63,904 nt of DNA, filler included, from Octopus bimaculoides (GCF_001194135.2; 5 parts of 5 records of this genome joined end to end with filler, not necessarily neighbours in it); one strand, 5' to 3'. Counted from the whole stretch's first letter, positions 1 to 12,214 are shown. The notes: generated by a model from the letters alone, not told the origin. Translations and numbers: made by a program.

Positions 1-57
1 TATAAATAAATAAAATACACTTGTTTAGTGTACAAGCATATACACACACAGGCACAT

Positions 58-135
58 GTATATGTGTGTGTGTGTGTGTGTATGTTTGAGTGTGTGTATA
101 TGTATGTTTGAGTGTGTGTGTGTGTGTGTGTGAGT
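58..135. repeat. (TG)n/(TA) compound microsatellite
   Basis: Direct dinucleotide runs. Confidence 0.95.
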
Positions 136-833
136 GTAGATAAATAAATAGACAACATAGAAAATTTCAAGTAATTCTCCTGAAAATATGGAGAAAATGG
201 TTGCAGGAAGAAAATAATAAAATATAAATTTTATTTCGCCAAATTAAATTAGATAATCAAAAGTTTTTATTCCAAGTATTTTTCACTTATTCTATCAGAA
301 AAGTGGTTCAGTGCTTAAGCTGCTGGAATTAACCATTTTGGAACCAACCCACCTGAGACAGGGTCTGGTTCCTGCATACCACCTTTTTCAGTTTTTCACT
401 TTCCATCATAATTTTATGAAATAACCATTTATAAACTTGTGTACCAAATGCCCCCTTTTTTTTTTTATATATCAATAATATTTTTGTCGTTTGTTATGTA
501 CCGAAAACCATCTTAATACACCAACTTATATTTTTCTTTTGCTCTATACTAAATATCACCGTAATATATATATATATATCTATATCTATATATACNNNNN
601 NNNNNNNNNNNNNNNNNNNNNNNNNNNNNNNNNNNNNNNNNNNNNNNNNNNNNNNNNNNNNNNNNNNNNNNNNNNNNNNNNNNNNNNNNNNNNNNNNNNN
701 NNNNNNNNNNNNNNNNNNNNNNNNNNNNNNNNNNNNNNNNNNNNNNNNNNNNNNNNNNNNNNNNNNNNNNNNNNNNNNNNNNNNNNNNNNNNNNNNNNNN
801 NNNNNNNNNNNNNNNNNNNNNNNNNNNNNNNNN

Positions 834-871
<38 letters not shown>

Positions 872-892
872 TGTTCCTTTATCCTTTTATTC

Positions 893-1085
893 TTTTAATT
901 CTTTCAGTCATTTGACTGCGGCCATACTGGATCACCGCCTGGAATGGTTTTTAGTCGAACAAATCGACCCCAGGACTTATTCTTTGTAAGCTTGGTCCTT
1001 ATTCAAAAATTCACTTTTGCCGAACTGCTAAGTTATGGGGATGTAAACACTCCAAAACCGGTTGTCAAGTGGTGAAGGGGGGGGG
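893..1085 (-). mobile_element. SINE family B, 3' part (octopus-type tRNA-derived SINE tail)
   Basis: Reverse complement matches 12063-12214 and 55501-55689 (cttacaaagaataagtcctggggtcgat...ggcggtg.tccag.atggccgcagtcaaatgactgaaa). Confidence 0.85.
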
Positions 1086-1610
1086 GAACACATATACAAA
1101 GACCAAATACATAGATCTGTACATATACAGACCTATATATATATATATACGTAGATGTCTAACGATGGCAATGAGTGCTCAACACCGCATTGGTGGATAT
1201 AATTTTTTTATTTGTGAATTAAGACTACCATTGGTTTCATGTTAAGAAAAGTAAGAAAATATCCTAGTGTTTTAACAATTTTTAGATCATGGTCTGGACC
1301 ATTATCCATATAGATATTGTTTTTTTCTTCTCGAGATAATGTATGTTATTCCAATTTCTCCATTCAATCTAAATGGAGCATTTCTATTAGACATGGCAAC
1401 TAAACATGGAATCTTAAAAATTCCTCCAGAATTCTAGAGAATGAGAAGAACTGAGTGTTTCTCTTTCCGTCAATATTGCGTTATATCCATAGCCATGTTA
1501 TTTTCGGGTGGCCAAGTGCACCTAGTTGTACACAGGTATGATAAGCTAAATAATGCGTCATTGTATGCAAGTGCCACTGCTTAGCATTGTCTACTTAGGT
1601 ATAATTTAAT

Positions 1611-1774
1611 GTAAAGATTATTTGCCAACATATCATGGCAGTTCTGTTATAGGACGAATGTTGTTGTAATTTAGCCCCAGGAGACATCGTCTCCAGCTGG
1701 CCTCCTGGGGCTAAATTACAGCAACATTCGCCCTGAACCAGGACTGCCATGTAATGTTGGCAAGTAATCTTTAC
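1611..1774. mobile_element. Foldback/MITE-like palindromic element
   Basis: Arms 1611-1683 and 1702-1774 are near-perfect reverse complements (ttgccaacat..catggcag..cgaatgttg.tgtaatttagccccaggag), with an 18-nt loop. Confidence 0.85.
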
Positions 1775-2289
1775 TCTGGAGTACTGTTGCTGAATATCTC
1801 TCATTGAGAGATTTACAAATAGTAATTTTCTGTTGGGTGTACTTTGTTACTAATCCCCAGTAGTTGAACAATAATCCTCACAGTAAGCAGCTATTAAACT
1901 GTGGTACTCTTGTCGAGTTTTCAAAGCCATTAGTTGGTATTTTTGACATTGATAAATAAATCCTATGAGATGGTACCTCTTAGGAAGAGGTACCACGATA
2001 ATCTAATTACGTTTCAGGCCACAGGCCACCAGCCTGTTCACTAAGTTGGCCGTTATTGGTACCAGACCAATGTAGTTCTACCTTAGAGCACAGTCCACCA
2101 AATCTATCAGTTGACCTGGCTGTCAGTAACTGGCAGCAAATCAACGTAGTTCTGTCTCAGTCTGCAATCTGCCAATCTGTTAACTCAGCTGCTAGGAAAT
2201 GGTATAAAATCTGTCTGACAATAGTTCGACCCCATCATCATTAACATCATCACCACAAACGACACCATTAATGTGACAAATGCGAGGAT

Positions 2290-2350
2290 AATAATGACGA
2301 TGATGATGATGATGGTGATGATGGTCATGGTGATGATGATGATGATATTA
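2290..2350. repeat. (GAT)n microsatellite
   Basis: Direct trinucleotide run. Confidence 0.9.
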
Positions 2351-3317
2351 TTCATAATTTAGTATCTACTGCCACAAATATATTCCATTATATTTACTTA
2401 TTTACACTATTTTTTTTTTACAATATTTCTTCGACTTTCCATTTTCCCCTCCCTTTCTCTCTTCCCCTCTTTCTGTCTCCTCACATTTCCTCCCTCCCTC
2501 CCTCCACCCCACACCATCCCTCCATTCCTCTCCATTATTTCTATTTCCTCTTGTCTAATAACCACAACAACTACAAGTAAAGCTCTCTTCATTAAAAGCT
2601 GATGCCAAACACATTTGCTGTTCCATCAGTCCATCATTTCTGTCTGTCAATCACAAATTATCACTCATCACTCACTCAACCATTGATTCTTTCTGCGATC
2701 ATTCTTCCTCTTCTTCTCTTGCATTCTCCCACTGACTTTCATTCCTCATCTTTCTCCTTTTCCTACCCCACTACCGATACCACCACCACCACCTCCTCCT
2801 TCTCCTCTTCTTCTTTTTCTTCTCCTCCTCACNNNNNNNNNNNNNNNNNNNNNNNNNNNNNNNNNNNNNNNNNNNNNNNNNNNNNNNNNNNNNNNNNNNN
2901 NNNNNNNCATCACCACCCTCCATCTTCCCTCTCTCCCTGTCTCTATACAGCCACCAAGTGCTAACATCGCATCGTAATAAATCAGTTACATCGAAGAACT
3001 GTTCATTGTAAAGTATTTTCTCATATTAAGGTTTGTCAAGACTGGATTAACAAGATTAATTAACGAATTAACACAAATATCTTCTAAGTACTAAGAAGCC
3101 ACCTTTGAGAACTTCTCCAGAATATTAATATTCGTTTCTTGAAGAAAATCAATGATAGAGCTCTACCAGAGTCTGTAGTTTTAGGCTTCTGACTTTGTCA
3201 GTGTAGGTTCCCACTATGCCAGAGGCAGTTTTATTTGGTGCCTTCGAGGTTTCTACAAGAATTTGGAAAATCTTTCAAAATTAATAACGAATATCTTGAC
3301 ACACAGCGGTTCGCTTC

Positions 3318-3516
3318 TAGAATTGTTTGTGCATCAGACAAAGTGCTTATCAGCATTTCTTATGACTTTACGTTTTGAGTTCAAATTCTACCGGTATCGA
3401 CCTTGCCGTTCATCCTTTCGGGGTCGATAAAATATGTACCAATCGAGTACTAGGGTCGATGTAATCGACTTATCCACTTCCCTGAAAATGCTGGCCTTGT
3501 GCCAAAATTTGAAACC
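3318..3516 (+). mobile_element. SINE family A (tRNA-derived head with B-box-like GAGTTCAAATTC)
   Basis: Shares ttgagttcaaattc...catcctttcggggtcgataaaata..gtacc...gtcgatgtaatcgactt...gctggccttgtgccaaaatttgaaacc with the copies at 5348, 8028, 9717 and 45351. Confidence 0.9.
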
Positions 3517-3885
3517 AGTATCTAGACACACATGCACATACATTCTTCCGTTTGTGTCTCTCTCAATGCACACGTGTCTGCGGAACACTCAGCCACTTTA
3601 AAATTTATTCAGGAGCAGGTAATTCAGCTGTTCTAACTATCGAATCCTCAACGACAATTGTGTCTATTGTATTAACATATATATAAATCCCAATCCAAAA
3701 TGGAAACAGTCTTATCACCATTTTATATGTGTAGCATTAGAAAATTGCGAATTAAGGTTATGATAAGATTAGCAAAGAAAAAAAAACATATTTATCCACC
3801 AATGTAGTATTGAGTGCTCATCATTCTCAATGTTCGCTACTGTCATGTATATATATATATATAGTCTGTTAAAGACTGTCATACC

Positions 3886-3925
3886 GGCCATGACGAAGGG
3901 AAATAGCCCTGAAACTCGAGTCGCC
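3886..3925 (+). ncRNA. Minimal type I hammerhead ribozyme-like motif (Penelope-type), one extra base in the core
   Basis: ggc-C(A)UGACGA-aggg[aaatag]ccct-GAAA-c[tcga]g-UC-gcc: stems I, II and III all pair; GUC cleavage triplet; palindromic stem III tetraloop. Confidence 0.6.
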
Positions 3926-5099
3926 TTTATATACATATATTTATATTTATATATTTATATATTTGATCCTTTATATTGAACACTCAATATTTCATCTACA
4001 TTCAATACTTTATTTCATGGTGCCATCCATTTTTATTTTATTTTATATTATATATTGTATATTCCATATTCTATACCCCACATTAGTTCTGCAGGAATAT
4101 AAATAAAACATAAAAAACAGACAGTGTTGGAACTCTTTTAAGCAAAATAATATATTCCTCTATNNNNNNNNNNNNNNNNNNNNNNNNNNNNNNNNNNNNN
4201 NNNNNNNNNNNNNNNNNNNNNNNNNNNNNNNNNNNNNNNNNNNNNNNNNNNNNNNNNNNNNNNNNNNNNNNNNNNNNNNNNNNNNNNNNNNNNNNNNNNN
4301 NNNNNNNNNNNNNNNNNNNNNNNNNNNNNNNNNNNNNNNNNNNNNNNNNNNNNNNNNNNNNNNNNNNNNNNNNNNNNNNNNNNNNNNNNNNNNNNNNNNN
4401 NNNNNNNNNNNNNNNNNNNNNNNNNNNNNNNNNNNNNNNNNNNNNNNNNNNNNNNNNNNNNNNNNNNNNNNNNNNNNNNNNNNNNNNNNNNNNNNNNNNN
4501 NNNNNNNNNNNNNNNNNNNNNNNNNNNNNNNNNNNNNNNNNNNNNNNNNNNNNNNNNNNNNNNNNNNNNNNNNNNNNNNNNNNNNNNNNNNNNNNNNNNN
4601 NNNNNNNNNNNNNNNNNNNNNNNNNNNNNNNNNNNNNNNNNNNNNNNNNNNNNNNNNNNNNNNNNNNNNNNNNNNNNNNNNNNNNNNNNNNNNNNNNNNN
4701 NNNNNNNNNNNNNNNNNNNNNNNNNNNNNNNNNNNNNNNNNNNNNNNNNNNNNNNNNNNNNNNNNNNNNNNNNNNNNNNNNNNNNNNNNNNNNNNNNNNN
4801 NNNNNNNNNNNNNNNNNNNNNNNNNNNNNNNNNNNNNNNNNNNNNNNNNNNNNNNNNNNNNNNNNNNNNNNNNNNNNNNNNNNNNNNNNNNNNNNNNNNN
4901 NNNNNNNNNNNNNNNNNNNNNNNNNNNNNNNNNNNNNNNNNNNNNNNNNNNNNNNNNNNNNNNNNNNNNNNNNNNNNNNNNNNNNNNNNNNNNNNNNNNN
5001 NNNNNNNNNNNNNNNNNNNNNNNNNNNNNNNNNNNNNNNNNNNNNNNNTATATATATATATATATATATATGTAAGTATATATTCTTTAATTCTTTAAA

Positions 5100-5175
5100 G
5101 TGTTTCAGCTTTAAAGCTGCGGTCATGCTGGGGCACCACTGTTATATATCTTTTACTAGTTTCAGTCATTAGACG
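5100..5175 (-). mobile_element. Two short SINE family B 3' tail fragments
   Basis: tgtttcagc..gctgcggtcatgctggggcaccac and ctagtttcagtcattagac match the family B tail. Confidence 0.6.
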
Positions 5176-5347
5176 AGAACAATGATGGGATACCGCAGTC
5201 TAATATATTTATGAATATATTTATATATACGCAGACACACAAACATACATACATACATACATACATACATACATCTTACCACTGTTCTACAGTGTTCGTA
5301 CATGCAAAGTAGAATATGTTAAAAAAATAAATCAGCCAATAATCGAC

Positions 5348-5525
5348 TTTAAATTTGGTACAAGGTCAGCAATTTTGAGAGGAGAGTCTAACTCGTTTAT
5401 ACCGACCCCAGTGTCCTACTGGTACTCATTTTATAGGACTCTGAAAGGGTGAGAGTCGGCCTCGGTGGAGTTTGAACTCAGAACATAGAGACTGATGAAA
5501 TGCCGATGAGCATTCTGCCAGATGC
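5348..5525 (-). mobile_element. SINE family A copy
   Basis: Reverse complement of family A (aaatttggtacaaggtcagcaatttt...tttgaactcagaac). Confidence 0.85.
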
Positions 5526-5964
5526 CCACCCCCCTTAAATCGGTCAATAATTGTGAACTAAAGAGTTTCTATGTAGAAGTGTGTCAGTAACATACATTTA
5601 TAATCACATCCCCCAAAAATTTATTACTTTGTAAACCTATCCAACCTATTTCTTTCCGGAAGAATAAGAAACGAGCGTAAAATTGTAAAAATCTATGTCA
5701 GCTTCGTTGCTAAAAGAATATAATTAAACAATAGTCACAAAAGACAAATCAACATCCATAAATCTGTCTGAAATTAATGATATATTTTTTTTTTACCGAT
5801 GCTGAAAAATAAAAATAAATGGTTCATTATTGTGACACAAAAGAATTCCCAGTAATTTTATTTGCTTTCTTGTCAGACTTCACCGACTGGAGTGTTCATA
5901 TTTGGCATATTACACCGCGCCATTTATGTTGATCCAGTCGTATAGATATATGCATACAAGTGTG

Positions 5965-6015
<51 letters not shown>

Positions 6016-6794
6016 GCACACATATGCATGTACATACGTAATACATATTCACGCACACATATACACACATGATACACACACATACACACACGTATATATA
6101 TATACTGACATATATCTAAACATACGTAGATACACACACATTCTACATTGTACCTCTTGTATCTTCAACTGTTTTTCTTTCCAATAATATTTCGATTTCT
6201 CACCCCACCCACCCCAATGCTGGCGAATATATTCCAATGTAATTTTTAACAATTCTATTTTTTAGGTTAATATAAAGGCAAACATAGCAACGAAAAAACC
6301 CCAACGAAAATGTGTACACAGTGTGTGGTTATTAGTTTTATGTTAGGAGGAAGAAATAAGACACTTTGATCGACGTTTCGGACAGTGGTACTTCGATGGG
6401 TGACGGAGAAATAGTTGTCTGAAAAAGAAATGGAGTTAAATCTCACAATTCTGAAGACGAAAACGAGTTCATTGGTGTTACGTAGACACAGCTGCTAATC
6501 CGTTGGTGATATACAGGAAATACTAAAAATATTACATACATACATACATACATACATACACATACACTCGCAAATACACACATATTTATATACGTATCTG
6601 TATGTATGCTATATATAAGATTGGTAGAACAAATAAGAGAAATAAAATTCAACACCTGAGTATTCATAAACTTTATTTTAAGTGCCATGCACGAAACTCT
6701 AAAATACTCGACCAACTACTATAGATATCCGTCTTGGTATGAGCATGATTCTTTGTTATACAAGTTTGAATCGGTTTTATATCTCGATGTACTC

Positions 6795-6847
6795 CATCTG
6801 ATGAAATGAGCTATCATGATTGACTGTTTATTGAAACGTGCGTAATG
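6795..6847 (+). ncRNA. Type I hammerhead ribozyme motif with intact core
   Basis: cat-CUGAUGA(6798-6804)-aatgagc...gtttatt-GAAA(6833-6836)-c[gtgc]g-UA-atg: all core bases present, GUA triplet, 3-bp stem I, 7-bp stem II with two GU pairs. Confidence 0.65.
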
Positions 6848-6892
6848 AAATGCTCAAAATATCAACAACTTGTTTTCTGTTTATTTTAAGAA

Positions 6893-6932
<40 letters not shown>
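6893..6932. repeat. (TATC)n microsatellite
   Basis: Direct tetranucleotide run. Confidence 0.95.
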
Positions 6933-6933
<1 letters not shown>

Positions 6934-8027
6934 GGGCATGTGTGGCATCTGTTAGTTTTGCTGATAAATCCTTTCATGATTTGACAATTAGATCGATCCA
7001 CATTAACAGCTTCCACGATAAAATTCCCTTTGTAAAGCATGATACGTGTTTGGTTGCTAAGCTTGCTGTTTCTTTTTAACGTTTATCATTACAAAAGAAA
7101 AGTCTTTCTTTTTCGATACAAACTTATTACAAACGAGATCATAATTTGTTTAGCTTTCCTTATTCTTCCTGCAGCAGAAAGATCTTTCAATTCAATATTA
7201 TTTCACAGACAGTCACGAAAACCATTTAAAGCAATTTCAAAATTTCAGATTTTATATAATTCGTGCAATATTTCTCCTCAGAATTACCAAAGGACTATGG
7301 CTTCCGGTAATGGGTGGCGGAATTCCAAAAATTTAATAATTCAACAATTTTAGGTCTTTTATTGTCACCACAACTTAAATTATCCCTTTTTACACGTAAT
7401 GTCTTCATCGCCTCATAATGTTGCTTTCGTTTTAACAATTATCCTGCACTCTTGTTGCTTTTTAACCTTTCTGTGATTCGCCTCTTTAATGCTTTTCAAG
7501 CTCTGTGTGTTTAAAAATTTGATTGTCATGCAAACGAAAGCGATTTTGTTCTTATATAAAAAATTAACTGTACACTTGCTGAGACTTAGTCGAACCCAAC
7601 TGTCTTCCTCCTTTTTCTGTATATCATAGTAATCTTTTATAACACAGACACAAAGCCACATGTTTAGAGAAGCGAGGAGGTTAATCGATAACATGGAGAC
7701 CAGTCCTCGACTAGTTCTTTAATATATCGACCTTGGAAGAATAAAAGAAAAGTTGATTTTAGTGGAATTTGAAAGGTACATACATTTCTGCAATGACCTA
7801 ACGTTCTGATCGTTCGTTTAATACATTTTAATCTCGAAATAATGTGTTTCCTTGTTTAAACCCCTAAACTGCCATAAATATGGTGTCGCAGTGACCATAC
7901 CATTCGATTTTAACAGCGTCGATGTTGTTTACTTCTAAACCAGTTTTAAGGAAAGTTTTGTAGAAATATTCTTTTGGTTTCTGATATTTAAGTGTACATT
8001 AGGGTGACAAGTTGACAAAATTCTTAC

Positions 8028-8212
8028 CACGCCGGGCAAACTGCTTAGCGGCATTTCGTCCGTCTTTACGTTCTGAGTTCAAATTCCGCCGAGGTCGACC
8101 TTGACTTTTATCCTTTCGGGGTCGATAAAATAATGACCAAGAGATCATTGGAGTCAATGTAATCGACTTAATTCCTCTTGAAATTGCTGGCTTTGTGCTA
8201 CAATTTGAAACC
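8028..8212 (+). mobile_element. SINE family A copy
   Basis: gccgggcaaactgcttagcggcatttcgtccgtctttacgttctgagttcaaattccgccgaggtcgac...cctttcggggtcgataaaata. Confidence 0.9.
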
Positions 8213-8702
8213 GATTTTTAAATATATATATTGATAAAATTGGATTTTAAATCAATTCTTAGTCAAACCAGTATAAATCACTTATACACATACGGACTTT
8301 CTCACATAAGCATTTACGTACATATATGTATATATATGTATGCATACATGTATTATATATAATGCATAAATGTATGTATATACATGCAAATACATAAATA
8401 TACACATACACTGATATATATGGTGGGTGTGAGTGCGTGTAGTCTCAGTAATTTCATACTTTGTTACGTATATATTTAATAGCAGACAAGCAAATATACA
8501 TGTATATATATATATACATATATATATNNNNNNNNNNNNNNNNNNNNNNNNNNNNNNNNNNNNNNNNNNNNNNNNNNNNNNNNNNNNNNNNNNNNNNNNN
8601 NNNNNNNNNNNNNNNNNNNNNNNNNNNNNNNNNNNNNNNNNNNNNNNNNNNNNNNNNNNNNNNNNNNNNNNNNNNNNNNNNNNNNNNNNNNNNNNNNNNN
8701 NN

Positions 8703-8744
<42 letters not shown>

Positions 8745-9716
8745 CGTGTGTGTGTGTGTGTGTGTACATGTACTAATAGTTGTGTGTATGTGTGTATGTT
8801 TTGGGTCGGTAAGATATTTTATTTTTCACTATATTTTTGTTTGATTTTTACTCAATTTCCAATTTTCTCAATAGACCCATTACAATATATTCAATAATTG
8901 GACAACAAGCCTTGACATAAATAAAAATTCAGTGTAATATATAACAAAAGAAAGAAAAAAACAAAGAAAAATAAACGAAAAAGAACCCCCAAAACAACAA
9001 AGAAAAAAATGATAAATATAATAAAAGCATAAAAGACAAAACTCTATTATGGAATTGTATAGAATTGGTATTTTGCTTGCGATGGAATTTGGATTTATTT
9101 CTTATGCATCTCCTAAAGAAATTATTCTGTAGCGGTTGGCGCTTGTGATTCTCTTTCAATAAATCATATTGAATATCTATTTTCAGATGAGAAGAGACTG
9201 TTCATTAGTGCCAGACCAATTTAGTTATCAGTGGCAAATATTTGGAATTAATTCTTTTACATCTCTTTTCTTTTTTACCATTTTTCTTTGCTTTCTATAA
9301 ATACAAACTGACTGTACCATTTTGCTTGTTTGTTTTGTTTTTGCATTTCATTTTTTTTTTGTAAATCTGCGGCTGGGATAGAGGCAATTAAAGTTAGTAG
9401 CAGCAACACTGGTGGTAGTAGTAGTACTGGTTGTAATTGTAGTAGTAGTAACAGTGGCCAAAAGAAATGACAGGAGCTGTAATAGTATTAGTAGTAGCAG
9501 TAGTGTATTAGTGGAAGTAGTAGTATAAAGCGGAAGAGCAATGACTAAGAACCCAATAAAATCGAAGAATCTATGAAATTAGCCGTTTTCAACCTGCCAC
9601 CAACGCAACTACATTTGGTAAAGCAATAATTCTCTGTGATTCCATTTTTTTAGAATATTGAAAAGAAGCAAAATAAAACAACTTTCTTGAAAATCTATTA
9701 ATATCTCATACATTTA

Positions 9717-9921
9717 GGGCAGCGAGCTGGAAGAACGGTTAGAGCACCGGCCAAAATGTTTAGCTGTATTCCGTCCATCTTTACGTCCTAAATTCAAATT
9801 CTTCCGAAGTGGACTTCGCCTATCATTTTCTAGGGGTCGATAAAATAAGTTCCAGTTCTGGGGCCGATGTAATCGAATTAAACCCTTTCCTGAAATTGCT
9901 GTCCCTGTGCAGCAATATGAA
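9717..9921 (+). mobile_element. SINE family A, near full length
   Basis: Begins ggcagcgagctggaagaacggttag (A-box-like) and carries the family body and tail. Confidence 0.9.
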
Positions 9922-9979
9922 TCCACTACTCAATATAATTACTTGAGGAAATATTCCTCAGTTCTTGCAGTAATATTTG

Positions 9980-10019
<40 letters not shown>

Positions 10020-10284
10020 NNNNNNNNNNNNNNNNNNNNNNNNNNNNNNNNNNNNNNNNNNNNNNNNNNNNNNNNNNNNNNNNNNNNNNNNNNNNNNNNN
10101 NNNNNNNNNNNNNNNNNNNNNNNNNNNNNNNNNNNNNNNNNNNNNNNNNNNNNNNNNNNNNNNNNNNNNNNNNNNNNNNNNNTATAAGGCAGCATGTCAA
10201 AGGAAACAGCCACACCTGAGATCTCTCGCTGATAATTGCTAAGAATAATCACTTCGGATTTTGTATTGTAGTAACACCTCTTCT

Positions 10285-10341
<57 letters not shown>

Positions 10342-10645
10342 CCTTCCTCCCTATCTTTTTCTTTACTTAGCTTTATAAGAAGAAAAGTGTAAGTCTTCAC
10401 AACTGTGTTTTCTTCTTCAAGGCCAACGTAACTATTGAGAGAAAGGAAGGTCGTTAAAAACTGGATTCCAATCAAGATACCCAGAGGGCAGGTGATGGTA
10501 TTAAACTGAATGGTTTAAAAGATATTGACCAGAAAAATAAAAATAAAAACACAATAAAATTTAAAAAAACAATCATCAGAGAAAAACAAGGATAGAAGTA
10601 AATATTAAAAATGTTATATAGGTCTGATCAATAAGCATCTGGATT

Positions 10646-10867
10646 GTTGCTATAGTAACGAAGCTAAAGCACGCAGAGTGAAGCCGCTTGATGCAAATTG
10701 AACAGGTATCGCCGAGCTTTTGACAAAATTTGTAAAATTTGTAAATTCACTGCTCAACTTTCTCTGTCATGGTTAATGCGACAATCACATGCTACACACC
10801 TTCCTTCTAAGCACTGCTGTAAACAGTAGAAGTGAGCTAGAACGTAAAAAATTAGTGCGCATGCGCA
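10646..10867. promoter_or_regulatory. Putative promoter: RFX X-box plus NRF1-like palindrome
   Basis: GTTGCTATAGTAAC (10646-10659) fits the X-box consensus; TGCGCATGCGCA (10856-10867) is a perfect NRF1-type palindrome. No associated CDS identified. Confidence 0.4.
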
Positions 10868-11057
10868 GCAACGTTCATGGTCAGTCTGTGCCAAGCAGCT
10901 TCACTCTCTGTGCTTTTAGCTTCATTACTATAGCAGCAGTCCAGATACTTATTGACCAGACCACGTATATACATACATAAATACACACACACACACACAC
11001 ATATATATACATATGTATATATATATGTGTCAATATATATCTATATCTATCTATCTA

Positions 11058-11105
<48 letters not shown>

Positions 11106-11544
11106 CGTGCACACAAACATATACACACATAAGTACACAATAAAAGTATCGGAAAGCTGGGCGAAAAGCCTCTCTGTTGTCATGGTAATTCGAGCGTTGG
11201 CAAGTTGCAGTTGTAAATATACGGATGCATATTTGTTACTTGTAAGCTGTAACGTCAAACATGGGCAGAAATATATTAGCGTTCGTAGCGGTCAATAGAG
11301 AACAGCAGCACTGGAGTAGTAAAGAGCTGTAGGGAGAGCTCTAACCGCAAAGAGAAACAATGATTTCGTTTCGTTGCAGATGCCAAACGAAGACAACCCC
11401 GAGAAAAGTGTTTGATAAAGAAATAAATGTGTGTCAGGGGTCAATAAATCGATATGCCTGATTTACCCGCGAAAAACTAGTTTCAATCGACGCCAGTTTC
11501 AGATATGTATACAGAATAATAAAAGACAAAAGTATACACACAGG

Positions 11545-11612
<68 letters not shown>

Positions 11613-11972
11613 NNNNNNNNNNNNNNNNNNNNNNNNNNNNNNNNNNNNNNNNNNNNNNNNNNNNNNNNNNNNNNNNNNNNNNNNNNNNNNNNNNNNNNNN
11701 NNNNNNNNNNNNNNNNNNNNNNNNNNNNNNNNNNNNNNNNNNNNNNNNNNNNNNNNNNNNNNNNNNNNNNNNNNNNNNNNNNNNNNNNNNNNNNNNNNNN
11801 NNNNNNNNNNNNNNNNNNNNNNNNNNNNNNNNNNNNNNNNNNNNNNNNNNNNNNNNNNNNNNNNNNNNNNNNNNNNNNNNNNNNNNNNNNNNNNNNNNNN
11901 NNNNNNNNNNNNNNNNNNNNNNNNNNNNNNNNNNNNNNNNNNNNNNNNNNNNNNNNNNNNNNNNNNNNNNNN

Positions 11973-12009
<37 letters not shown>

Positions 12010-12062
12010 CATACATACATACATATATATACATATATATATCTGTGCGTATGTATTTGTAA

Positions 12063-12214
12063 CCCACCATCGCTTGACAACCGATGTTTACGTTTCCGAA
12101 ACTTAACTGTACTAGGCTTACAAAGAATAAGTCCTGGGGTTGATGTCTTCGACTAAAGGCGGTGCTCCAGCATGACCACAATGAAATGACTGAAACAAGT
12201 AAAAGAATAAAAGG
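12063..12214 (+). mobile_element. SINE family B, 3' part
   Basis: catcgcttgacaaccgatg...tactaggcttacaaagaataagtcctgggg...tgactgaaacaagtaaaagaataaaag, preceded by a microsatellite and an N gap. Confidence 0.9.

Noticed and set aside
5655-5682. Hairpin followed by GAAACGAGCGTA, a possible hammerhead
   Set aside because: No CUGANGA upstream of the stem.
9187-9224. Possible terminal exon ttttcag|DEKRLFISARPI*
   Set aside because: Isolated, short, with no supported upstream partner exon.
3318-9921. tRNA genes suggested by A/B-box motifs
   Set aside because: The boxes belong to multicopy SINE heads; no cloverleaf could be formed.
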